Positions 35,116 to 43,281 of a DNA stretch of 64,000 nucleotides are shown here, piece after piece; the stretch's first letter is position 1; each line of letters opens with the position of its first letter. Made by a program: the position numbers and the translations under genes. Where the stretch lies: the IMG/VR virus record IMGVR_UViG_3300044548_000056; one strand, given 5' to 3'. The stretch is from a virus. The notes beneath the pieces are model-generated. The model was not told the origin of the DNA, did no database searches, and was given only the letters and a program-made list of their open reading frames with translations.

Positions 35116-37800
35116 TTAATTATTAAATCGTGAATAAACCCAGTATTGGCCGTCATAGACAAACTTACATACCTCGCCATCACCACCAATAGAGACAGAT
35201 GAGGTCGTACTGGAGACTTTGAATATCCATTTATCATTACTGGTTACAGAAACGCTAAAATGCCCCCTCCTTGCAATATACATCACCTTGCCCTCAGTAG
35301 GAGAAACCGGTAAATACACAGTGGAAGTTCCGGTGCAGGAAATAAAACAATCCGTATTATCTGTCCTTATCGTTCCTGATGCCCGCCTGACTTTCACACT
35401 CATACCACCGACTCTTACATTACCAACCAAATCAATCAAGTCGCCACTACGGGCTTCTAAATGATGATTACCATAACTTTCTATAGCAGTATAACCGGAG
35501 TCCATATTGATAAACAGAGAACCTTTACCATTTATGGATATGGCGTCGCCAGTAGAAGTTTTTCGTATCATCATATGCCCTGCACTAAAACTTATTTCAT
35601 TTCCACTATAGGTAAGCCCAATCATCCCATATAGATTTTCATTAGAAAAAAGTCCTCCATATTGATCTATTTCAAACTTACCGATTTTAGCTCCTTCGGT
35701 TAATTCTATACTACTCCCCACCAACTTGTTATCCTGAATGGTCATCCCGCCGATTTTAGCTCCGTTGGTTACCGTCAGTTTGCCGGTAGTAATCTCGGTC
35801 GCTGCTATTATCTGACCAAGTAATGCAGTCGTAACCACAACCTCGGTATCCAACAGTGAGGTACGTATCTTGCCTCCGGTGGTGATTGTTTTCTGCGTAC
35901 TGGCGTAATTCGACAATTCCGCATAGTTTGTATAACCAAGATTCTGTGCAAAACTATCTTTTAGCTGGGCCAATGCAGTAGCGTCCAACAAACCTTGTGG
36001 TCCCTGTGGCCCTTGTGCCCCTAAAACCTTCACCCAATTGTATTTGGTCTTATCCGTGGAATCAGCGGAAGTAAAGTCTACATAAGTACCGATATAAGCA
36101 CCGCCGGTTTCATTCATATTAGAACCGTCTGAACTATTAGAGTACTTGACATGAAAGTAAGTCGTTTTACCACTTGCTCCGGTAGCTCCTGTTGCACCTT
36201 TAGGACCTTGAATGCCCTGATCTCCTTTAGCCCCCTGAATACCCTGCAATCCACGTATGCCTTGCTCACCCCGGTCTCCTTTATCTCCTTTAGGGCCCTG
36301 AATCAGTGCCCATGTATATTTAGTCGGATCGCTGCTATCCGTTGACGTGTAGTCGGTATATGTACCGATATATTTCTTATTAGTGGAACTCTGACTTAAA
36401 CCAGAGCCGCTTGCATCATCCGCATAAGCGATATGGAAATAGGGAGTTCGGCCGTCACTTCCTTTTGTTCCCTGAATACCCTGATCGCCTCTAGGACCTT
36501 GTGCCCCCTGAATAAGGGACCATTTGTATTTGGTCTTATCCGTGGAATCGGTAGAAGTACTGTCCACATAGAGACCGATGTATTTCTTACCGGACGGGGA
36601 CTGACTGAATCCCGTACCCTGACTATCATCGGCATAAGCTATATGGGTATAGGAAGAAACGCCGTCTTTTCCAGCCGATCCCGTGTTTCCTTTAGGACCT
36701 TGTAAGCCGACATCTCCTTTATCTCCCTGAAGGCCTTGCAAACCACGGATACCCTGTTCGCCTTTGTCTCCTTTGTCCCCTTTGTCACCCTTAGACACCT
36801 GCTTTTGCCAAGCATCGCTACTATCCGATGGCTCTTCGGTGGTGGTTGTCCCCTCTACAACGATACATAACCACAGGGAACCGTTATGACTGATACGGTC
36901 GTAATAAGTATAAGGCATATCCTGTACCCACTCTCCTTTATCAGTCGGAATACGTACCGTATCACCGTTATCCATTTCGATGGTGAATGATTTGGCTACG
37001 ATTTTATTTTCTTCCGTGGAAATGACTATCTTTTCTTTGTTCGTCAGCGAATAAGAGTATATGCCTTTGTATTGTTTGATATATGGGGCATCAGGGCCAT
37101 AGGCCGAAAGAATAATAGCACTCTGTCTGTCCTTATCAGTGCGGTTTCCCAATTGACAGATGTTATCACCAGCAGCGGGTACACCGCTACCGGCATCACA
37201 GTCTGTTTTGCTCAAATCAATGTAATCCTCACCTATTGCGGTGACCAAACGCCAATAGTAGTTATTCGCACCCTTATCCAAGTTCGTCTCCCTGATAGTG
37301 GCCTGATCCCCGGCTGCAAAATCATTCGTGATTGTTCGTTCGCCGTCTGTCTTTTTGAAGTAGCAACGGTAAGCATTGGCCGTTTCTTCCACTTTTATAC
37401 AGGTCATATCAGCAGCAGAGATGATCAACCCTGCACTGACATGAGAAAACTTTTGTATTACGAGTTCATACAGGTATGTTCTTATACGTACCAGAAGTTC
37501 GTCTACTTCCAAGTGTGTTTTTCCTGTACTGTCAATGCTTAACGAAGCACCGGAACCTAGCAGACCCTCTACAAAATCTTTGGTATTCCAGCCTTTCAGA
37601 AAAGTGATTAGTCCGGCGGCAATATCATCTTCCCTTTTAGAAAGAAAAAGCTCTTTGAGGACTTCAATATCCGAATCACTAAGATTTTCAATAATTCCAA
37701 TAAGGGTACGTCCTATCCGCTCGGCTGTATTCTCACCCGCTGACGAAGCATTACGAACCTGTAAGGCTAATTTCTTTAATGTATCAAGAGTATCACTCAT
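35116..37800 (-). CDS. Tail fibre/receptor-binding protein with collagen-like repeats
   Basis: Gly-X-Y tracts alternating with HIAYADD..G..FS..KKYIG.Y.D..DS.D.TKY.W modules. Confidence 0.85.
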   Translation of the reverse strand: MSDTLDTLKKLALQVRNASSAGENTAERIGRTLIGIIENLSDSDIEVLKELFLSKREDDIAAGLITFLKGWNTKDFVEGLLGSGASLSIDSTGKTHLEVDELLVRIRTYLYELVIQKFSHVSAGLIISAADMTCIKVEETANAYRCYFKKTDGERTITNDFAAGDQATIRETNLDKGANNYYWRLVTAIGEDYIDLSKTDCDAGSGVPAAGDNICQLGNRTDKDRQSAIILSAYGPDAPYIKQYKGIYSYSLTNKEKIVISTEENKIVAKSFTIEMDNGDTVRIPTDKGEWVQDMPYTYYDRISHNGSLWLCIVVEGTTTTEEPSDSSDAWQKQVSKGDKGDKGDKGEQGIRGLQGLQGDKGDVGLQGPKGNTGSAGKDGVSSYTHIAYADDSQGTGFSQSPSGKKYIGLYVDSTSTDSTDKTKYKWSLIQGAQGPRGDQGIQGTKGSDGRTPYFHIAYADDASGSGLSQSSTNKKYIGTYTDYTSTDSSDPTKYTWALIQGPKGDKGDRGEQGIRGLQGIQGAKGDQGIQGPKGATGATGASGKTTYFHVKYSNSSDGSNMNETGGAYIGTYVDFTSADSTDKTKYNWVKVLGAQGPQGPQGLLDATALAQLKDSFAQNLGYTNYAELSNYASTQKTITTGGKIRTSLLDTEVVVTTALLGQIIAATEITTGKLTVTNGAKIGGMTIQDNKLVGSSIELTEGAKIGKFEIDQYGGLFSNENLYGMIGLTYSGNEISFSAGHMMIRKTSTGDAISINGKGSLFINMDSGYTAIESYGNHHLEARSGDLIDLVGNVRVGGMSVKVRRASGTIRTDNTDCFISCTGTSTVYLPVSPTEGKVMYIARRGHFSVSVTSNDKWIFKVSSTTSSVSIGGDGEVCKFVYDGQYWVYSRFNN
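36038..36549. repeat. Exact 26-bp direct repeat in the tail fibre gene (36038-36063, 36524-36549)
   Basis: TTGTATTTGGTCTTATCCGTGGAATC twice, 486 bp apart (in frame). Confidence 0.85.
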
Positions 37801-38312
37801 TCACCCAAAATTCTAAAAACCGTTCTATTTGCTTTTATCCCTCCCTTTCCTTTATATAGAGGGTATAAATCTTTCTTTTCATTGAGATATACTACACACT
37901 CTTTCAAATAGCGATTGGCTACATCGAAAGCGTCATTATAGGCGGTAACTTTCTCTTTATATTCAGCATTACTGGAATATTCCGACGTTTTATTTACCGT
38001 TCCAAACCTGTTTACATTGAAATCCCCGTTTTTCATTAAGCGGGCAAAGGAGTAATAGCAAAGAGCCTTTTTAAGTCCGGTAAAACTTTTCCTTTCGCCA
38101 CGCCTCGTGTCATACACGGCCCCATTCAGCAAGTCAGAATAGTTCTCTGGATGCTCTTTCACGTCAAGGAAGAGTGCATCGCCAAGCGCACTCTTTATAT
38201 CTATGTTCTCGCTCTCTTCAATATATATCTGTATTTTGTCATCAGACACATATTGAGAGACATCACGAGAGTTTGTTTTTACATCATTTGTTGTTATCAG
38301 AGGCTGCTGCAT
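37797..38312 (-). CDS. Head-tail adaptor/connector-like protein
   Basis: 171 aa directly after portal. Confidence 0.55.
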   Translation of the reverse strand: MQQPLITTNDVKTNSRDVSQYVSDDKIQIYIEESENIDIKSALGDALFLDVKEHPENYSDLLNGAVYDTRRGERKSFTGLKKALCYYSFARLMKNGDFNVNRFGTVNKTSEYSSNAEYKEKVTAYNDAFDVANRYLKECVVYLNEKKDLYPLYKGKGGIKANRTVFRILGE

Positions 38313-39462
38313 TTCTTACATATTTAAGAGGTTCCACACTGTAATCATTGGAAGGGTTTACAACCTCATACCAATGTTCAAAAATCTTTCGGAAAGCACG
38401 CTCAATCATGCGTTGTTGCTTGCTTACAATGGAGTTATAGTACTCAAAAGCATCTTCCAGTATTTCACCTGAAAAACCAACTTTACCAATACGGATACAG
38501 TACCACGGTTCCTGTCCATAAGCTGAGTATATACGCTCCACTATACTTGCATCCGTAACGGTAAACTCTTTATCGTAATTTGCTGTTTTTAATGGGACAA
38601 ATTCCGGTTTTTCTTCGTCTGTGTGAAGTGTCACTTCAAGTATCTTACTAGAATTTGTATCGCTTTGTAGCTGTACCAATGTTTCTGAAAATCCTTCATC
38701 TTTATCATCTTGTATCTCTTTCCCATCTTCATCAACACTTTGCCCTTTTTTAGTTATCATCATACCAGCAGGCATAAAGTTACAGCGTACATTCCTATAC
38801 TTCACATTGGAAAGCCCTTCGTCCGTACTCATTTCCGTTACCACACGGTCCGCACGTGAACGGGGATAAATATTACGGCCGGCTCCTGAAATCCAAAGTA
38901 TCTGTCCTTTATAGTTCTCAATACCTCCCGCCGCTTCTATTTGTGCAAGCACCACATCCCTATTCGGATTAAATACATCTATAAAATCAATATGTGCTTT
39001 ATCCACTCTCAACGGCCTTCCACTTCGCGTTTTCTTACCTGTCCAATCGGGATGAACAGCTATTTGAGCAACATAGCCATTGTTATCCTCTTCGAGTAAC
39101 CGACAATTCTCAAAAGGCAGATAATTGATCTCTGCAATTTCAGCAAGCACATTATAATTAACATGAAGAGCCAAGCCGTCAAAATAAGCCACATCTTGAC
39201 ATATAAGTGCGTGAATATCATCGTTCGTATCTCCTTTCCTGTTAACGACGTATTCAGAAAAGGGAATCTCACGGAATCCATTCCCTTCAATGAAGTTTTC
39301 AAAACGTTCGGAACATTCGCTACCGGTTGAACTGGCCGCAATGATATTGCTCAACGTCTGCGGGTACAGATTATCATTACCAAATGCTTGAATGTTGAAC
39401 TGCCGCAAATAACCGGTATCAACACGAACTCCACTTTTCTTCTTTAGTTCCTTAACATTCAT
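38284..39462 (-). CDS. Portal protein
   Basis: 392 aa; FGNDNLYPQ motif typical of Bacteroidetes phage portals; head-gene context. Confidence 0.75.
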   Translation of the reverse strand: MNVKELKKKSGVRVDTGYLRQFNIQAFGNDNLYPQTLSNIIAASSTGSECSERFENFIEGNGFREIPFSEYVVNRKGDTNDDIHALICQDVAYFDGLALHVNYNVLAEIAEINYLPFENCRLLEEDNNGYVAQIAVHPDWTGKKTRSGRPLRVDKAHIDFIDVFNPNRDVVLAQIEAAGGIENYKGQILWISGAGRNIYPRSRADRVVTEMSTDEGLSNVKYRNVRCNFMPAGMMITKKGQSVDEDGKEIQDDKDEGFSETLVQLQSDTNSSKILEVTLHTDEEKPEFVPLKTANYDKEFTVTDASIVERIYSAYGQEPWYCIRIGKVGFSGEILEDAFEYYNSIVSKQQRMIERAFRKIFEHWYEVVNPSNDYSVEPLKYVRNAAASDNNK

Positions 39463-39481
39463 AATTCCGTGAGATTATTAT

Positions 39482-40048
39482 TTATTCACCTTTAGCTGCA
39501 ATACTATCCTGTGCTGCTTTGATATGCTTATCCAGCACTTTAGCTGTGACTTTCTTACCGTCAATCATATACCCTTTAAGAGCTTCCTTAACGGTGTCCA
39601 CTGTTGCACCTTCCTTGCTCAATTCCTCTACTGCGAGAGTAACAAGCTCATCGTTCAATTCAGTCTTAGGAGCAACACGTTTCTTCACGCGATCTTCCCA
39701 ATCGGAAGGCATTCCTTCAAAAAAGCTAACCCCTTTTGGGTTCTTAGCTAAATACTTCTCTGCAACTTCATCCGTTAAGTTTGCATTGGTGTACATGTCC
39801 CCACCTCCAAATTCGGTTTGTAAGAGAACACCGTTTTTCAGCCGGTAACTACATTTTTCTTTCATCTTTCCATTACGTTTTAAGTATAAATACATTTCAA
39901 TTATTGCATCACGGTAACAGTCATTACAGGATGTTTTCACAAAGTTTTTCCCGAGTACCGCCATATAAAGCGTTTCTATTTCCGCTTTATCAGAAGCCGA
40001 GAGGGTTGCCAGCCCTCTCAACTCTTCCAATCTCTCAACTATTTCCAT
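39482..40048 (-). CDS. Hypothetical structural-operon protein
   Basis: 188 aa, contains CNDC. Confidence 0.65.
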   Translation of the reverse strand: MEIVERLEELRGLATLSASDKAEIETLYMAVLGKNFVKTSCNDCYRDAIIEMYLYLKRNGKMKEKCSYRLKNGVLLQTEFGGGDMYTNANLTDEVAEKYLAKNPKGVSFFEGMPSDWEDRVKKRVAPKTELNDELVTLAVEELSKEGATVDTVKEALKGYMIDGKKVTAKVLDKHIKAAQDSIAAKGE

Positions 40049-40051
40049 AAA

Positions 40052-40666
40052 TTAGCTCCCGGCGGCTACTGCCGTTAAAGTTCCGACCTGCGTTTTGGTC
40101 GTATTATAATCGGTATTAAACAGGAACATTGCAGCCTTCGGAGACTTGGATTCCTTCAAGGTCACCAACCAACCGCCTGCGGTATCTTCCGAATACTTAT
40201 CGTTCTCTATGGCGGACGCTGAAAGGCCCTGATACCATCCATAGACCTGATACGCAGCATCACCCGGATTACTTTCTTTCTGTAAAGCCTTGTACTTATT
40301 TTCCAACACCAGAACATACGTGCCGTTAGCCAGACCATCAATGATGTCTGCACATACATCCGGGTCATTATTCATAATGACAATGCTGACCTCCGAATCA
40401 AAAGTATTTCGATAAGTGCCGGCAGTCATCGAGGTTTTAGTGCCGGTATAAGGTTTTGAGCCTGGCACGGCAACGGAATATCCTTTCTTTCCGCTCTTCA
40501 TCACCAGTGTTTTAATCACATTCTTTCGTGCTGCATCAAAGACACTCGTGGCAAAATCAACCTCGGAGCGATTCATTATCACTCCGTCAGGTTCAAATCC
40601 GACTACAATAGGGTCGGCACAGTTCGGAAGGATGTCCTTAGCAAGAAGTTTATCACATGCACTCAT
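40052..40666 (-). CDS. Probable major tail tube protein
   Basis: 204 aa, beta-rich, follows the capsid gene; function inferred. Confidence 0.55.
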   Translation of the reverse strand: MSACDKLLAKDILPNCADPIVVGFEPDGVIMNRSEVDFATSVFDAARKNVIKTLVMKSGKKGYSVAVPGSKPYTGTKTSMTAGTYRNTFDSEVSIVIMNNDPDVCADIIDGLANGTYVLVLENKYKALQKESNPGDAAYQVYGWYQGLSASAIENDKYSEDTAGGWLVTLKESKSPKAAMFLFNTDYNTTKTQVGTLTAVAAGS

Positions 40667-40682
40667 ATACTACCTCCTCTCT

Positions 40683-41750
40683 TTAGTATGCCAACTGGAA
40701 TAAGTTATCCTCACCTACCAGTGTAGCTAACTTACCGGTTGAATAAATGTAGTTCTTACGATCTTTCTTCTCAAACCATATATCCAAGTCAGAGATAATC
40801 TGATTTGCCGGTGAACCGACAAACAACTGATTAGGAGTACCAAATACGGCACGGTGTGGCATATTCAGTTTTGTACCGTTGTTTTGGTATTTCTCTATGA
40901 AACGGTCCCAGATAGATACACGGTAAATCAAATGGCCATCATACTCTGTGACATCCAATCCTTTAAAGACTTGTTCCCAAGTCAGAATCAGTTTATATTC
41001 ACGTTTCAGGTCACGTACTAAGGCATCGGCCAAAGACTTTGTACAGAACACACCTGCACCCTCCATAGAGGAAATACGGGAATCCGCATTGTCAAACAGG
41101 TTGTCGAAAATACCAATTGCCACACCTGCCTCACGTATCTTACTACGCTGCAAAGCTGCTGTTGTCTCCGCATTGGCAGCGATAGTCACACGCTGTGAAG
41201 CGTTTGCAGCGCAAATGGCAAACAACTGTTTGAAGAAACCGTCACAGGTTTTGAACAACTCAATATCAACGCCATCGGTTATTGAACCGGAATCAGTAAT
41301 ATTCGTGGCGGCTGTATCACCAAACCAAGTAAAACGCCACATCATACGTTTCATAGCCAAATCAAGAGCCGGCATTACAATGTAATCCATGTACTCGGTA
41401 GAGGTTAAATCGCCTATCTCTGTGCCTTTCTTCAAGCAATATTCGGCAATTGTACCTTCCAATTCTTCATAGCACCATTCCAATGGAATAGACCACGCAC
41501 CCATACCCCACTCTTTTTCGGCAGCCGCAATAGTTGCTTTCTTATAAGTAGGATTACAGCCGGAACCTGCCCAACCTATATCGGACATTTCACCAGTCCA
41601 GCCCAGCTTATCACCTTTACTCACATTCTGACGGAAAGTGAAGAATCTTTCCAACTCTTCATCTATGAAATTCGTCATGATTAAGAGCTCTTTTAAGTCC
41701 TTAACCGCCCCGTTTCCGGGGGTTAAATTTGCAATTTGTTCCCAAGTCAT
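40683..41750 (-). CDS. Major capsid protein
   Basis: 355 aa directly after the protease/scaffold gene. Confidence 0.8.
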   Translation of the reverse strand: MTWEQIANLTPGNGAVKDLKELLIMTNFIDEELERFFTFRQNVSKGDKLGWTGEMSDIGWAGSGCNPTYKKATIAAAEKEWGMGAWSIPLEWCYEELEGTIAEYCLKKGTEIGDLTSTEYMDYIVMPALDLAMKRMMWRFTWFGDTAATNITDSGSITDGVDIELFKTCDGFFKQLFAICAANASQRVTIAANAETTAALQRSKIREAGVAIGIFDNLFDNADSRISSMEGAGVFCTKSLADALVRDLKREYKLILTWEQVFKGLDVTEYDGHLIYRVSIWDRFIEKYQNNGTKLNMPHRAVFGTPNQLFVGSPANQIISDLDIWFEKKDRKNYIYSTGKLATLVGEDNLFQLAY

Positions 41751-41752
41751 AA

Positions 41753-42901
41753 TTAGACAGTTTTAAATCTTTCTTTTTGTTTCGCTCTCTTCTCTTCCAG
41801 TTTTTTATGAATAAGACTATTGGCATCATCCTTTCCATCGTGTCTATCCATACTGGGAGAGGTAGAACGGCCGGCCGGAACATAAGTACTTACCACTGTT
41901 CGCAGCCACTTCTCACCACCGGCTTTGTTTACGGAAGCAAGAATCTTTAAATCCTTCTCACTCTTAGCGTTAGCTTTCAATGTTTCAACCTCTGCTTTCA
42001 AACGTTCGTTCTCTTCTTGCAGGGCTTGTGTGTCATCATCATCGGAAGCAGCATCTTTAATTTCGGTGATAACACCGTCCTTAACAACTACAGTACGCCC
42101 GTCTTCAAGCACAAAATCACCATCGGGAGAGGCTTTATCACCAACCTGAATTTCCCCTTCGTCACGCTCAACGGTCAACTCATCACCGGTTGACGTTGTG
42201 ATAACCATACTTACCGGCTCCTGCTCATCTTTAGTGACGCCAAGAGCAACACCCAACATGTGGAATGCCATTGCCACGGTGGGCTTTTCGTTCTTTTCTT
42301 TCTTCTCTTTTGCCATAGAAATAATATTTGGTTTATTAACTTTTGCCGATACCGGCGGAATTACCTGAGAAACGAAACCAAGTTCAAGGGCTTTATCGCC
42401 TTCAAACCAATCATCTGTTGCCATTTGTGCTTCAATAGCTGCACGCTCCGCCCCGGTACGTTCCACATACAGGTCAATCATCTTATTCTTTTCCTGTTCA
42501 AGATCATCAGCTGCCTGACGGAGTTTGCCCGAGGTCATATCACCGGAGATGCCATTCGGGTAATAAGGTGAGTGAATAAGTATCTGTGCATGTTCATACA
42601 TGCTTCTACGTTCCAATGGAGCGGCCAGAAGGATGATCGTAGCAGCAGAAGCACACTTGCCTACTACTTTACAAGAGATTTCCTTTCCTGTGGCACGGAT
42701 AGCATCATACATTGCATAAGTTTCATCGCAACGCCCACCACATGAGTGTAACTCTATGTCAAGATGGGTGTCCGTTGGGTCCATCCAATCAATGAAACTT
42801 TGTATATCAGAAAAAGACACCCCATCATCACCGGTCAAATACCAGTGGGCCATCTTCTCCCGATCTGAAATAATGTCTTTATTGAAATATAACTTCGCCA
42901 T
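41753..42901 (-). CDS. ClpP-like prohead protease with C-terminal scaffold region
   Basis: HSCGG, CASAATII, ILIHSP, DDWF; coiled-coil tail; likely start 42901. Confidence 0.88.
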   Translation of the reverse strand: MAKLYFNKDIISDREKMAHWYLTGDDGVSFSDIQSFIDWMDPTDTHLDIELHSCGGRCDETYAMYDAIRATGKEISCKVVGKCASAATIILLAAPLERRSMYEHAQILIHSPYYPNGISGDMTSGKLRQAADDLEQEKNKMIDLYVERTGAERAAIEAQMATDDWFEGDKALELGFVSQVIPPVSAKVNKPNIISMAKEKKEKNEKPTVAMAFHMLGVALGVTKDEQEPVSMVITTSTGDELTVERDEGEIQVGDKASPDGDFVLEDGRTVVVKDGVITEIKDAASDDDDTQALQEENERLKAEVETLKANAKSEKDLKILASVNKAGGEKWLRTVVSTYVPAGRSTSPSMDRHDGKDDANSLIHKKLEEKRAKQKERFKTV

Positions 42902-42922
42902 ATCCTTTGTAAATGTTTGTAA

Positions 42923-42990
42923 CAAAGGTAAAAAACGGGATACGGCTGGAAGAATGAAGGAAGGATAATCGACTGACATGAAATGTCAGT
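42923..42990 (-). promoter_or_regulatory. Head operon promoter and palindrome (copy of 147-214)
   Basis: Offset +42776. Confidence 0.7.
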
Positions 42991-43047
42991 GTTTTTTTTG
43001 TCAAAGAAAAAAGGAGAGGAATTTCTTCCTCCCCCCTCTTATAAAAA

Positions 43048-43281
43048 CTAGAGTTTTACTTGATGCGAGAACTTATTTATAAGCCTATAAACGGTTCGCA
43101 CATTCACCTGATATTCGTCTGATAAATACTGTGTGATGTATGTTTTCTTATGCCCGGCGGAAACCATCCGTTCATATTCTTTATACATCTCAATGTACTT
43201 GACATCGTTGACCTCGATGGAGGCCTTAGACATGAGTTCAAGCACATTCTTATTTACCATCAACAATTCAAATGCTTTCAT
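43048..43281 (-). CDS. Small HTH regulator (copy 2)
   Basis: Identical to 272-505. Confidence 0.65.
   Translation of the reverse strand: MKAFELLMVNKNVLELMSKASIEVNDVKYIEMYKEYERMVSAGHKKTYITQYLSDEYQVNVRTVYRLINKFSHQVKL

Larger units (their letters stand above)
1..42776. mobile_element. One complete unit (42,776 bp, circularly permuted) of a temperate Bacteroidales siphovirus-like phage
   Basis: Terminase, portal, capsid, protease, tape measure, tail fibre, holin/endolysin/spanin, cI-like repressor and tyrosine integrase are all present; sequence at 42777 restarts the sequence at position 1. Confidence 0.95.

Noticed and set aside
35116-35500. Diversity-generating retroelement targeting the fibre C-terminus
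   Set aside because: No reverse transcriptase and no template repeat differing at adenines seen in the unit
1-42776. CRISPR array, cas or anti-CRISPR genes
   Set aside because: No regularly spaced repeat-spacer array seen; the PD-(D/E)XK gene sits with Sak4 as a recombination nuclease; no acr could be recognised
41753-42979. Host housekeeping clpP, and the longer ORF-track start at 42979
   Set aside because: Sits directly upstream of the capsid with a scaffold tail; the extension spans the promoter box, so 42901 is the likelier start
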